DNA from: an uncultured Spirochaetota bacterium
GTDB taxonomy: Bacteria > Spirochaetota > Brevinematia > Brevinematales > JAOACQ01
Direction of reading: 5' to 3'
NCBI GenBank assembly: GCA_963768055.1
Contig: CAVYGN010000002.1
Span: 416,001-480,000 of the forward strand
Length of the DNA stretch: 64,000 nt
A program made the translations under genes and the position numbers. This document shows, one piece after another, positions 29,482 through 39,236 of this stretch (position 1 is the first letter of the stretch; every line of letters begins with the position of its first letter). A model generated the notes under the pieces. The model saw nothing but the letters and a program-made list of their open reading frames with translations. It had not been told where the DNA came from and did no database searches.

Positions 29482-30918
29482 ATGAAAAAAGACGATTTGA
29501 CCGCAATACTGGAAAATCGTTTTCTTTCCTTTATCGCCGAATACAGCCTGATCAAACCCGGTGAAAGTGTGATCACCGCTATTTCCGGCGGCCCGGATTC
29601 GGTCTTTTTAACCCACCTTTTACATAAATACAGAGAAAAGCTTAAAATATGCTTAAAATTAGTTCATGTAAACCATAATCTCCGAGAAGATGAAAGCAAG
29701 AAGGATGAGTCTTTTACCAGAAATTACGCTTCTAAGCTTGGGCTTGATTTTATTTTGAAAAATATTTATCCGTTATCATATTCAAAAGAAAAAAAATTAT
29801 CGCTTGAAACGGCTTCAAGAATCATGCGGTATAAAGCGTTCGAAGAAGCGCTTCAGGAAACAGGCAGCTTAAAAATAGCAACGGCGCATCATCTCGACGA
29901 TCTTATCGAGACCATGCTGTTCAGGCTTTTCAAAGGCTGCGGCGTATCCTCTCTCGCGGCTATGAAGCCATTAAGAAGAAATATCATACGCCCCATCCTC
30001 TTTTTTGAGAAGAATGATATATTATCCTATCTGAAACAAAATAAACTGGAATTCCGTAGCGATGAGTCAAATCTGGATCTCAGGTTCGACAGGAACTTCA
30101 TCAGAAACATGATCATTCCGCTTATAGAAAAACGTTTCCCCTATTTCAGGTTGAAAATGTTAAACCTCTATAGGATCATTATCGATGAAGAAGTAATCTG
30201 GGACACCTTGATAAAAGGACTGGAATCTTCGAAAACATTGGAAAAGGGCAAAATAATATTAGATAAAAAATATTTTACCGTAAAATCCGGGGGCGAAAAA
30301 GCTGTTTTAAGGCGTTTTCTGCATAAAGAACTGAGATCTTTCTCGGATTACGGGTTTAATCCTGAATTTGAACTCCTTGAAAGGATAATTAAATTTTCAA
30401 TCCCCCTTCCTGGAAACAGGACAATTTTCAATAACGGGTCTATCAGGGTTGTTTCATCATATAACAATCTGATTATAGATAAAGCCTCAAAAAAATTCCC
30501 AAAAAAATCTAAATATGTTAAACTTAAAGGCTATTTGCACTTTCAGTACGGCAATTTCAACCTTACAATAGATAAAATATCAGAAGCTGTTACAAGCGCC
30601 GATCTGAAGATTCTATCTCCCGACTCTTGCATTTTCAACGCCGAAGGCCTTGAGGGTTTTTATATCAGGGGCAAACTTGACGGCGACAGGTTCCGGCTAC
30701 CCGGATCCGGGACAAAGAAAATCAAAGATTTTTATATAGATGAAAAAATCAGTCTTGAGCGGAGAGAAGAAACATTTATTCTTGAAGATAAAGAAGGGCA
30801 CATAATAGCGTTTTATGTACCGGGTTTCGGTTTCAGGGTTTCTGAGGATTTTTATGTTAAAACAGGCCGGAGCGAAGCCGTAAAAGTGAACGTTGAAAGA
30901 ACCGAGAGGGAATCGTGA
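29482..30918 (+). CDS. tilS: tRNA(Ile)-lysidine synthetase
   Basis: SGGPDS, HVNHNLR, TAHHLDD, RNFIR. Confidence 0.95.
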   Translation: MKKDDLTAILENRFLSFIAEYSLIKPGESVITAISGGPDSVFLTHLLHKYREKLKICLKLVHVNHNLREDESKKDESFTRNYASKLGLDFILKNIYPLSYSKEKKLSLETASRIMRYKAFEEALQETGSLKIATAHHLDDLIETMLFRLFKGCGVSSLAAMKPLRRNIIRPILFFEKNDILSYLKQNKLEFRSDESNLDLRFDRNFIRNMIIPLIEKRFPYFRLKMLNLYRIIIDEEVIWDTLIKGLESSKTLEKGKIILDKKYFTVKSGGEKAVLRRFLHKELRSFSDYGFNPEFELLERIIKFSIPLPGNRTIFNNGSIRVVSSYNNLIIDKASKKFPKKSKYVKLKGYLHFQYGNFNLTIDKISEAVTSADLKILSPDSCIFNAEGLEGFYIRGKLDGDRFRLPGSGTKKIKDFYIDEKISLERREETFILEDKEGHIIAFYVPGFGFRVSEDFYVKTGRSEAVKVNVERTERES

Positions 30919-30921
30919 ATC

Positions 30922-30950
30922 TTGACGAAAGCCCTTTTTATTGATATATT
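30922..30950 (+). promoter_or_regulatory. sigma70-type promoter of ftsH
   Basis: TTGACG-N17-TATATT. Confidence 0.5.
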
Positions 30951-30996
30951 AATGAATTAAATCGCATTATTTTTTTTAGCATTTGAGGAGAATATA

Positions 30997-32910
30997 ATGG
31001 ATAAGAATAAACCCGGTAAAAATAAAAACCCTATGATGCCCTTTTCAGATGAAAAACAGGGCAGGTATTTCGGTGTCTTTCTACTGATCCTTCTTGCTCT
31101 TTTCGCTGTTCTTCTGTTAACCAACTCACCGAAAGAAAAACCTATTAAATATACCGAATTTTTAAACAGAATACAAAATGACAGTATTGCATCCATAAAA
31201 ATGGAAGGCCAGACTGTCTCAGGCCTCTATAAAGAAGCGATAGATGATTCCAAGAATTTTATAACTATCATTCCCCTCGACGACAGCGAGCTTCTTCCTC
31301 TTCTCAAGAAGCACAAGGTCGAGATCGAGGTTGAAAAATTAAAGGATCCTTACGGTTCAAGCTTCATCTGGTGGATCGTCATAATTTCCGTCGGATTCCT
31401 CGTATTCTGGATTTTCCTTATCCGCGGTATGCAGGGAGGCGATCCCGGCAAGGCGATGTCTTTCGGCAGAAGTAAAGCGCGTCTGCATAAGGAAATTAAT
31501 AATAAAGTAAAGTTCACGGATGTGGCGGGATGCGAAGAAGCAAAACAGGATCTGGAGGAAGTCGTCGAGTTTTTAAAAAATCCGAAAAAATTCTCTACGC
31601 TGGGGGCCAGGATACCTAAAGGCGTCCTTCTTGTCGGCGCACCCGGAACGGGCAAGACTCTTCTCGCTAAGGCAGTAGCCGGGGAAGCCGAGGTGCCGTT
31701 TTTCAGCGTCAGCGGTTCTGAGTTCGTTGAAATGTTTGTCGGTGTAGGCGCTGCGAGGGTCAGAGACCTTTTTACCCAGGGCAGGAAAAACGCCCCTTGC
31801 ATTATTTTCATCGATGAGCTCGATGCCGTCGGCCGGTCCAGAGGAACGGGCGTGGGAGGCTCGCATGACGAACGAGAACAGACTTTGAACCAGATCCTAG
31901 TGGAAATGGATGGTTTTGACTCGTCCGAAGGCCTTATCATTCTCGCGGCTACAAACAGGCCGGACATTCTGGACGTCGCTCTGATGAGACCCGGAAGGTT
32001 TGACCGTGAGATAGTTGTTGACAAGCCGGATGTCAAAGCGCGCGAAGCGATTTTAAAGATCCATACAAGAAAAGTCCCTGTCGACGACAATACCGACCTC
32101 AGCGTTATAGCCAGGGGCACGCCGGGATTTACCGGAGCGGACCTTGAAAACCTCGTAAACGAAGCTGCTTTAAAAGCAGCCCGGGACAACAGAAAGAAAG
32201 TAATACTTGAAGATTTTGAATTTGCCAAGGATAAGGTTATGATGGGCCCTGAAAGACGAAGCGCCGTGCTGACAGAGGAAGATAAAATGACTACCGCATA
32301 TCATGAAGCGGGGCATGCGATACTCGGCCATTTTCTTCCCCTGGTGGATCCCGTTCATAAGGTTACGATCATCCCAAGGGGAAGATCGCTCGGCTCCACG
32401 AGCTATCTTCCGATAGACGAAAGACGAAGCAATACTAAAGAGCAGCTCCTTCAACAGCTCATGGTGCTCCTTGGAGGAAGGGCGGCGGAGGAAATTAAAT
32501 TCGGTAAGAAATGGATCTCTTCAGGCGCCTCGCATGACATAGAAACCGCCACAAAAATAGTAAATTCGATGGTTTGCGAGTGGGGTATGAGCGAAGTGCT
32601 GGGGCCGGTAACCTATGGCGAAAAAGAAGGCCCGGTTTTCCTCGGAAAAGACCTTGTCGCCAGAAAAAATTTCAGCGAAAAGATACATGAAATAATCGAC
32701 GAGGAAGTAAGGAGCATTATTTCTTCCTCGTATACAAAAGCTATAGAACTCCTAACGGAAAATATGGATAAGCTCGATAAACTTGCCAATTTACTTCTTG
32801 AAAAAGAAGTGCTGAACAACGAAGAACTTAATGAGGCTCTTGGAAAACCGGATAAAAAAAGGTTCCCGCTCCTGGAACTTGTCGGTAAGAAAGCCATGGA
32901 AACGATATGA
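30997..32910 (+). CDS. ftsH: ATP-dependent zinc metalloprotease FtsH
   Basis: GAPGTGKT, FIDELD, HEAGH. Confidence 0.97.
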   Translation: MDKNKPGKNKNPMMPFSDEKQGRYFGVFLLILLALFAVLLLTNSPKEKPIKYTEFLNRIQNDSIASIKMEGQTVSGLYKEAIDDSKNFITIIPLDDSELLPLLKKHKVEIEVEKLKDPYGSSFIWWIVIISVGFLVFWIFLIRGMQGGDPGKAMSFGRSKARLHKEINNKVKFTDVAGCEEAKQDLEEVVEFLKNPKKFSTLGARIPKGVLLVGAPGTGKTLLAKAVAGEAEVPFFSVSGSEFVEMFVGVGAARVRDLFTQGRKNAPCIIFIDELDAVGRSRGTGVGGSHDEREQTLNQILVEMDGFDSSEGLIILAATNRPDILDVALMRPGRFDREIVVDKPDVKAREAILKIHTRKVPVDDNTDLSVIARGTPGFTGADLENLVNEAALKAARDNRKKVILEDFEFAKDKVMMGPERRSAVLTEEDKMTTAYHEAGHAILGHFLPLVDPVHKVTIIPRGRSLGSTSYLPIDERRSNTKEQLLQQLMVLLGGRAAEEIKFGKKWISSGASHDIETATKIVNSMVCEWGMSEVLGPVTYGEKEGPVFLGKDLVARKNFSEKIHEIIDEEVRSIISSSYTKAIELLTENMDKLDKLANLLLEKEVLNNEELNEALGKPDKKRFPLLELVGKKAMETI

Positions 32911-33227
32911 AAGAAAAGCCTAAATTGAATTTTATTACATATGTATTTATGCTTTATCAATCCGGTCTGATCGCTCTGGGCAAGCTTGAAAATCCGATTA
33001 CCAAAACAACCAGTGTCGAATTGGAAGAAGTAAAAGGTATAATTGAGCTTCTCGAGCTTATCGAAGAAAAAACAAAAGGCAACCTTAACAGCGAGGAATT
33101 AAGGACACTTTCTATGCTCCTTTCAACCCTGAGAATGAATTTCGTAGAAGAAGCCAAAAAAGATGACAAAGGCAGCCCTCCAGGTAAACCCGAAAAGAAG
33201 GATGAGGAAAATCTGGAAATTCATTGA
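32907..33227 (+). CDS. DUF1844-like protein
   Basis: LGKLENP, LIEEKTKGNL..EE, LRMNFV. Confidence 0.75.
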   Translation: MKEKPKLNFITYVFMLYQSGLIALGKLENPITKTTSVELEEVKGIIELLELIEEKTKGNLNSEELRTLSMLLSTLRMNFVEEAKKDDKGSPPGKPEKKDEENLEIH

Positions 33228-33240
33228 AACGAGGAAAAAA

Positions 33241-33963
33241 TTGAAAAATATATTTTTTATTATTTCCCTGATATGCGCATCCTGTTTTCAATGCCTCTAC
33301 GCAAAATCCCTCTGGGATAATGGCATGAATATTTACAAGATTAATGTTAAACCCGGTGATATCATTAAGATAAGTTTTTTGGAAAAAACCATTATGAAAT
33401 ACAAACTTGAACAAAGGCAGAATGATTACGAATCGAAAAAGGGTGTGAAGGGGAAGGGGGATATTTTCAACTTTTTCCCCGATATCGAAGTAAATGACAA
33501 CGATACCGTCCGTAATCAAAACAACCTGTCCGTCGATAATGAAAACAGCTTTTCAATAAACGCCAAGGTTTTAGCAGTATCTAACAACACGGCAACCCTT
33601 GAAGGATTTCATACGACGCTGATCAACGGTGAAATTTTCAAACTTCAGATCAGCGGAGAATTCGATATAAATTCGCTTAGGTCGGGTTCATCGATAATGT
33701 CGACCGATATATATAATCTCGATTTCAGGGTATTAAACCAATCTCCCACCAATAATGCCGTATTTAACCGGGACGACCTTGTTTTTTCGACAAATTATAC
33801 GGATATTGTTACTAATCAGGTCATATCGAACAATATGACGAATAGCGAGGTATCGACAAATCAATCCTCATTCAAGCTGGAATTCACGGGAATAAGGGAT
33901 GATAAAAAAAAGGACCTGTTAATGAACTATCTGAACAGTATGATCAATCTTCTGTTCAGGTAA
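33241..33963 (+). CDS. FlgH (L-ring)-like exported protein
   Basis: TTG start after GAGG; signal peptide; SLW...PGDIIKI..LE pattern resembling FlgH. Confidence 0.45.
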   Translation: MKNIFFIISLICASCFQCLYAKSLWDNGMNIYKINVKPGDIIKISFLEKTIMKYKLEQRQNDYESKKGVKGKGDIFNFFPDIEVNDNDTVRNQNNLSVDNENSFSINAKVLAVSNNTATLEGFHTTLINGEIFKLQISGEFDINSLRSGSSIMSTDIYNLDFRVLNQSPTNNAVFNRDDLVFSTNYTDIVTNQVISNNMTNSEVSTNQSSFKLEFTGIRDDKKKDLLMNYLNSMINLLFR

Positions 33964-33986
33964 TTGCCTCTGTAAGGAACGAAAAT

Positions 33987-35858
33987 ATGTTGGAATCCGT
34001 GAATTATCCCGCAGATCTGAAAAAACTTAAAATCATGGATCTTCCGGTATTAGCCGGTGAGATACGCCAGTTTTTAATCGATAGCGTGACAAGGACAGGG
34101 GGTCACCTGTCTCCGAACCTGGGGGTAGTCGAATTAACGATCGCCCTCCATTATGTTTTTAATTCACCGACCGACGATATAATATGGGACGTCGGACATC
34201 AGTCCTATGTCCACAAGATTCTTACCGGCCGCAGATCCTGTTTTGATAAACTCAGAATGAAAAACGGGCTTAAGGGTTACCCCTGCCCCGGGGAAAGCCC
34301 GTATGACCCCATTCATACCGGTCATAGTTCCACATCCCTGTCTCTGGCCGCCGGGATCGCCCGGGCAAAACTTATGGCCGGAGATAATTCGAATACCATC
34401 GCAGTTATAGGCGACGGCTCATTCACAGGGGGCATGGCATACGAAGCTATAAATACGATATCTCATGACAACCTTCCGGTCATTATAATTTTAAACAATA
34501 ACGGCATGTCGATATCTCTCAATGTCGGAGGAATAACAAGGTATTTAAAAAAACTTCAAACATCCCGGCCTTATCTCCGTTTTAAAAGGAGCCTGGAATC
34601 TATTATGAAGAAAAGGGTTCCGATAATCGGCCGCCCCCTTGTCGGACTGCTATACGGATTTAAAGAACGGATAAAATCCATATTGATAAGGAAAAATTTT
34701 TTCGAGGACATGGGAATAAGCTACTGCGGGCCTATCGATGGTCATAACATAAAAAAACTTATAGCAACCTTCGAGGAAATAAAAAACATAAACAAATCAA
34801 TTATCATCCATGTAGTCACTACCAAGGGCAAGGGCTACAAACCCTCGGAAGATAATCCGGGACATTACCATGGAATATCCGGTATTGCTATCAACGGTGA
34901 CACCAGCATACCCATTGAAAAAGAAGAAGATAGTTATTCCAAGGTTTTCGGTAATACGCTTGTCAAAATTGCGAAGAAAGACCCTTTAATATTCGCTATT
35001 ACAGCGGCAATGAAAACCGGTACGGGCTTAAAAGAATTCGCCGACCTTTATCCCGACCGTTTCACCGATGTAGGCATCGCTGAACAGCACGCTATAGATT
35101 ACGCTGTCGGCCTTTCCCTTAAGGGTAAAAAACCGGTGGTTGCTATTTACTCGACATTTCTCCAGAGGGGATTCGATCAGCTCATCCATGACGCCAGCAT
35201 TTCAAAAGCGAGGGTCCTTTTTTGCCTGGACAGGGCCGGGTTGGTTCCAGGCGACGGTGAGACGCACCAGGGAATTTTCGATATTTCATACCTTAGAATG
35301 ATCCCTTATTTTACTGTTATGCTGCCGGCCTGTAAAACAGAATTAAGTATGATGCTGGAATTCGCGCTTTCTAATTTAAATTCTCCGATAGCCATACGGT
35401 ATCCAAAGGATGTTGCGCTTGATTATGCCGATTACAGCGCTCTCAAGTATCCAATTATAGCCGGAGAGGGCGTTAAAGTAACCGAAGGTAAAGACGCTGT
35501 TATAGTATCGACCGGCACACTGCTCCGGGAAGCTCTAAAAGCCGAGAAGGCTTGTAAAAAAAATAATATCGGATTAGAAATAATTAATTTGCGTTTTGCA
35601 AAGCCTATAAGTTATAATATGGTAAACCATCTGTCAGGGGACAGCAGGCCGATTCTAATCATTGAGGAAGGCATTCGTAACGGAGGTGTAGCGGAATACC
35701 TGATCAGTGAAATTCTAATTAAAAATAATAAAAAGAAACTGGATTCTATAACCATTCCTGAAGAATTTCCTTCGGTAGGGACCAGAAAAGAACTGCTTAA
35801 TCAGTATAAATTCACAAGCGGGGAAATAATTAAAAAAATTGAAAACCTGCTTAAGTGA
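33987..35858 (+). CDS. dxs: 1-deoxy-D-xylulose-5-phosphate synthase
   Basis: GGHLSPNLG, WDVGHQ, IGDGS, DVGIAEQH, IRYPK. Confidence 0.97.
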   Translation: MLESVNYPADLKKLKIMDLPVLAGEIRQFLIDSVTRTGGHLSPNLGVVELTIALHYVFNSPTDDIIWDVGHQSYVHKILTGRRSCFDKLRMKNGLKGYPCPGESPYDPIHTGHSSTSLSLAAGIARAKLMAGDNSNTIAVIGDGSFTGGMAYEAINTISHDNLPVIIILNNNGMSISLNVGGITRYLKKLQTSRPYLRFKRSLESIMKKRVPIIGRPLVGLLYGFKERIKSILIRKNFFEDMGISYCGPIDGHNIKKLIATFEEIKNINKSIIIHVVTTKGKGYKPSEDNPGHYHGISGIAINGDTSIPIEKEEDSYSKVFGNTLVKIAKKDPLIFAITAAMKTGTGLKEFADLYPDRFTDVGIAEQHAIDYAVGLSLKGKKPVVAIYSTFLQRGFDQLIHDASISKARVLFCLDRAGLVPGDGETHQGIFDISYLRMIPYFTVMLPACKTELSMMLEFALSNLNSPIAIRYPKDVALDYADYSALKYPIIAGEGVKVTEGKDAVIVSTGTLLREALKAEKACKKNNIGLEIINLRFAKPISYNMVNHLSGDSRPILIIEEGIRNGGVAEYLISEILIKNNKKKLDSITIPEEFPSVGTRKELLNQYKFTSGEIIKKIENLLK

Positions 35859-35879
35859 CCTATTGTTTTCGGGGGTTTA

Positions 35880-37019
35880 ATGAGTAGAAAAAGGCCGACA
35901 CGTTCTCAAAGCCAGGATATTCCCGAACTTCAGTATCTTTATGTAAAAAAAGACAGGGCCATTAAAATCATTAAGGAAATGAGCGAATTCCTCAGGATAC
36001 TTGACCTCAGGGAAAGCGAGATCCTGAAAACAATGATCGTTAGGTTCGCAATAGAATCTGTCGAAGCCTCCCAGGGTTCCCTGATTGTTTTCGATGAAGA
36101 AAAAAAAATCCTTAAATATCAGAATACCTACGTTTACGATTCAAATAACAAAATTGTCCTAGATTCCAATATTGTCGAGGGATACAGCAATCTCCTGGAC
36201 ATTCATATAAAACCAGGGGAAGGGGTCGCCGGAAACGCTTATGAAAAGGGGATCCCTATTCTCGTATCCTCCATAGAAGACAGCCCTTACGAGAAACCGA
36301 TCATCGGAGAGATCATGAAAATAGATGTCGGTTCCATTATAGCAATGCCCCTCAAGATAAATAACGACATTTCCGCTGTTTTTGAAATAACGAAATCAAA
36401 ATCAAAACCGCCCTTTACTAACGATGACCTGGAAACTATAACTATTATCGCCAACTTTACATCCACGATCCTTGAAAATGCAAGATTGTTTCTGTGGGCA
36501 ATTCATGACAGTCTTACAGGACTTTACAACAATCATTATTTTTTTAAAGAACTCAGCGACGAAATAGAGAGGAGCAAGCGCTACGGGAGGGTATTTTCAC
36601 TGGCCCTTTTCGATGTGGATAATTTCAAGCAGATCAATGATACCTTCGGTCACAGCTATGGCGACAAGGCCCTGCAGAAACTCGCCGTTTCCATTGAAAA
36701 AACCATACGAAAAGATATCGATGTGGCTTGCCGTTACGGGGGCGATGAATTCATCCTTCTCCTGCCGAATACGGGTGTAGAAAGCGCTTACAAGGTATGC
36801 GAAAGGCTGCAGAACCTGATAAGGCCGATTAAGTTCCAGACGGATGACAATAAAGAATTCGGATTTAACCTTTCAATTGGAATCTGCGAATTTCCCAGAG
36901 ACGGGGAAGAGAATTACTACCTTTTTAACCATTCAGACGAGGCGTTATATTATTCAAAGAGAAATGGGAAAAACAGGATCACGATCTACAGCCCTCAGAT
37001 AACCGAAAGGACAGCTTAA
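35880..37019 (+). CDS. GAF-GGDEF diguanylate cyclase
   Basis: GEGVAG GAF; DSLTGLYN, DVDNFKQIND.FGH..GD, RYGGDEF. Confidence 0.9.
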   Translation: MSRKRPTRSQSQDIPELQYLYVKKDRAIKIIKEMSEFLRILDLRESEILKTMIVRFAIESVEASQGSLIVFDEEKKILKYQNTYVYDSNNKIVLDSNIVEGYSNLLDIHIKPGEGVAGNAYEKGIPILVSSIEDSPYEKPIIGEIMKIDVGSIIAMPLKINNDISAVFEITKSKSKPPFTNDDLETITIIANFTSTILENARLFLWAIHDSLTGLYNNHYFFKELSDEIERSKRYGRVFSLALFDVDNFKQINDTFGHSYGDKALQKLAVSIEKTIRKDIDVACRYGGDEFILLLPNTGVESAYKVCERLQNLIRPIKFQTDDNKEFGFNLSIGICEFPRDGEENYYLFNHSDEALYYSKRNGKNRITIYSPQITERTA

Positions 37020-37384
37020 GGAAGGTTAACCTCTATCGGCTTTACATCAGGAGGGCTCATGAGATTGCATTCCGGCATATAATGATCATAGAGGAAACGA
37101 AAGACTCCATCAATCTCCGCTTTATTCCCGATCAGGGCATAATTGAAGGCACATGTCGATTTATTAATTAGAGCGGCTATTTTTTCATTTTTTTCACCGG
37201 AAGAAAGATGGTTTTGGAGGCTTTCCTTCATCTTATTAGTATTCCCCACATAAAAGCATTTCCATTTTTCTCCGGCGTATTTTGTCCATAATACATATAT
37301 CCCGGGCATATCGTAAAGATTTTTAATGTTGACTTCATTTAATAACGCGAATCTGCTCCAGTTTATGTTTGCAAGCATGATCAC
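37016..37384 (-). CDS. Small stand-alone GIY-YIG-like protein
   Basis: PGIY...FYVGNT..MKESLQNH, C-terminal PECN. Confidence 0.55.
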   Translation of the reverse strand: MIMLANINWSRFALLNEVNIKNLYDMPGIYVLWTKYAGEKWKCFYVGNTNKMKESLQNHLSSGEKNEKIAALINKSTCAFNYALIGNKAEIDGVFRFLYDHYMPECNLMSPPDVKPIEVNLP

Positions 37385-37427
37385 CTCCAGGGATACCTAT
37401 TATATATTTTAAAATTATCTAATTCTC

Positions 37428-37456
37428 AATATAAAAACCATAACACAAAATGTCAA
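37428..37456 (-). promoter_or_regulatory. sigma70-type promoter
   Basis: TTGACA-N17-TATATT on the minus strand. Confidence 0.55.
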
Positions 37457-37512
37457 GCAACTCGACCTGCCGGAATATAAATTATCTATATAATACCGGT
37501 CTGAAGACTGCC

Positions 37513-37914
37513 TTACTTCTCCCCTTTTTTATTATTTATCATACTCTTGAGCCATAATTTAGCCTCGCCGTCATCCCTCTCTGAAAAATACTTAAATTTG
37601 CTCTTATCCCTGCCCGCAATCGATAATGCGACATTGTAGAGAAGCCGGATCTGGTTAGATATGCCGATAATGGCCGTAGCCCTGGCAAAAGGACCGTTAA
37701 AGCGTGAAAAGTTGGTGAATTCCCTTATCATTTTAGGGCTATAATTCACTCCGGTGGCGTCAACCAGAAATAAAATACTGTCGGGAGGACATTTCGAAAT
37801 TAATGCCTTGGATTCTTCCAAATATTGAGCGACCTCCTCGCTTTCGATATTCTTGAAATCAAGATAAAACAAGTCCACTCCCTGAAATCGAATAAAACAA
37901 GGTTTCTGCCTCAT
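37513..37914 (-). CDS. STAS/SEC14 (SpoIIAA-like) protein
   Basis: LFLVDATG, ATAIIG, YFS...EAKLWL pattern. Confidence 0.55.
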   Translation of the reverse strand: MRQKPCFIRFQGVDLFYLDFKNIESEEVAQYLEESKALISKCPPDSILFLVDATGVNYSPKMIREFTNFSRFNGPFARATAIIGISNQIRLLYNVALSIAGRDKSKFKYFSERDDGEAKLWLKSMINNKKGEK

Positions 37915-37947
37915 AAAAATTCCTTTTCCCTTTTCCAGACCTGCTTG

Positions 37948-38985
37948 TTATATTTCAATTTCAATATTCGGCAATCCTATCTTGAATCCAGCCATGGTCC
38001 TGTCGCCCTGGTTCCTCGGCGTAAATATTTTCCCGTATGTCCCGTACAGGCTCCTGTTAGCCTCAATCACAAAAGCGCACTGAATATATCCCATTCCTGC
38101 CGAAAAATGTTCTTCAGCCGGGCAATCCCTCTTTTTTAACTCGGCCCTCAACTGTCCAAAGCAGATTGTGAAATAAGGGTAAAAAGATGTGTGCATACCG
38201 GCTTCAATACACTTAAAATATGGAGAATCATTCCAGTAATCTTCGAAGCCCTGGTTAATCGCAGCCATCCAGATTTCATCGAAATCGCCGTCCGTATATT
38301 CGCCCGGGAAAAAGCTCCGGATTACATTTGCGCATTCTGAAAACTTCTTCATTTCAAATTCCTGGCGGAGATCGAATTGCGCCAGTGCCTGTCCCGTTTC
38401 AATCCTTTTCTGGATCATATTCTGGGTCTTTTTCTGAATAAAGCCATGATTCTCTATTTCAATATGAAGATCGTTCTCTTTGATCTGCATATAAACTGTT
38501 ATATAAATCTCGGGAAATTTGTAAAGAGCAGGAACTTTTTCCCCTTCAAGGTAATACTCTTCGTTCAGTATCTTTCTCATCAGCATCAGAGGCGCGCACT
38601 GGATCTCTTCACCGATCAGCCCTGTTTTTTTTGTAATTAAAGTAATATTCTCTTTTTCACCATTCTTTATAATCTCACGGAGAAGGGTATCGATTTTTTG
38701 AGAGACCCCGGGGATGAAAGCATCACATATCGAATGGATCCTCTCAAAAACAAAAGGCGGCTGGGATGAGTAAAATAAAAGCTTCAGCTCCCTGTTTTTT
38801 TTAATATGATCGATAATCTCTATAAACCTGCTGCTTTCCGTAGGGATATCATTCAGGAGGATATCTTCTTGGCCGATGTTGATAAGCATTGGGAAACTGA
38901 TCTTGTTTTCAATAATTTTCTTAAACACAAGTTCCCTTTTAATTACTATTTTCGATATTTTATAATACTCCGATAAATCCCGCAA
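37948..38985 (-). CDS. Histidine-kinase-like ATPase (HATPase_c), divergent
   Basis: LREIIKNGEKEN (N-box-like), IEIENHG, SAGMGY (G2-box-like), terminal T..GFKIGL. Confidence 0.5.
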   Translation of the reverse strand: MRDLSEYYKISKIVIKRELVFKKIIENKISFPMLINIGQEDILLNDIPTESSRFIEIIDHIKKNRELKLLFYSSQPPFVFERIHSICDAFIPGVSQKIDTLLREIIKNGEKENITLITKKTGLIGEEIQCAPLMLMRKILNEEYYLEGEKVPALYKFPEIYITVYMQIKENDLHIEIENHGFIQKKTQNMIQKRIETGQALAQFDLRQEFEMKKFSECANVIRSFFPGEYTDGDFDEIWMAAINQGFEDYWNDSPYFKCIEAGMHTSFYPYFTICFGQLRAELKKRDCPAEEHFSAGMGYIQCAFVIEANRSLYGTYGKIFTPRNQGDRTMAGFKIGLPNIEIEI

Positions 38986-39018
38986 GTTACTAGTAGCGAG
39001 TAACTAGTAGCGAGTTAC
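38985..39018. repeat. Heptamer/14-mer tandem repeat
   Basis: AGTTACT AGTAGCG AGTAACT AGTAGCG AGTTAC. Confidence 0.8.
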
Positions 39019-39057
39019 ACACTCCCTCGTTCCTGAAGTGAAATTTTTAAGCAACTA

Positions 39058-39086
39058 TTGACAATTTATGGCACCTGGTTTAAAAT
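39058..39086 (+). promoter_or_regulatory. sigma70 promoter of the sugar ABC operon
   Basis: TTGACA-N17-TAAAAT. Confidence 0.7.
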
Positions 39087-39236
39087 CTATGCTTCTTAGC
39101 CAGATTAATACCTCTTCGCAAGAGGCTGTGTGAAATGGGGGTCATTTCCGGGAAGGGTCTTGTCGCCATTAATTAGGTTTCCCGATAAAACGGTCTTTAC
39201 AAATAATTTGTAAATTTATAAAAAAGGAGAGGTAGT

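Noticed and set aside
31350..32228. 292-aa ORF on the - strand
   Set aside because: Antisense shadow of conserved ftsH
38985..39018. Short repeats as a CRISPR array (also 44072-44098 and 47451-47485)
   Set aside because: Units of 7-15 bp without unique spacers; no cas genes
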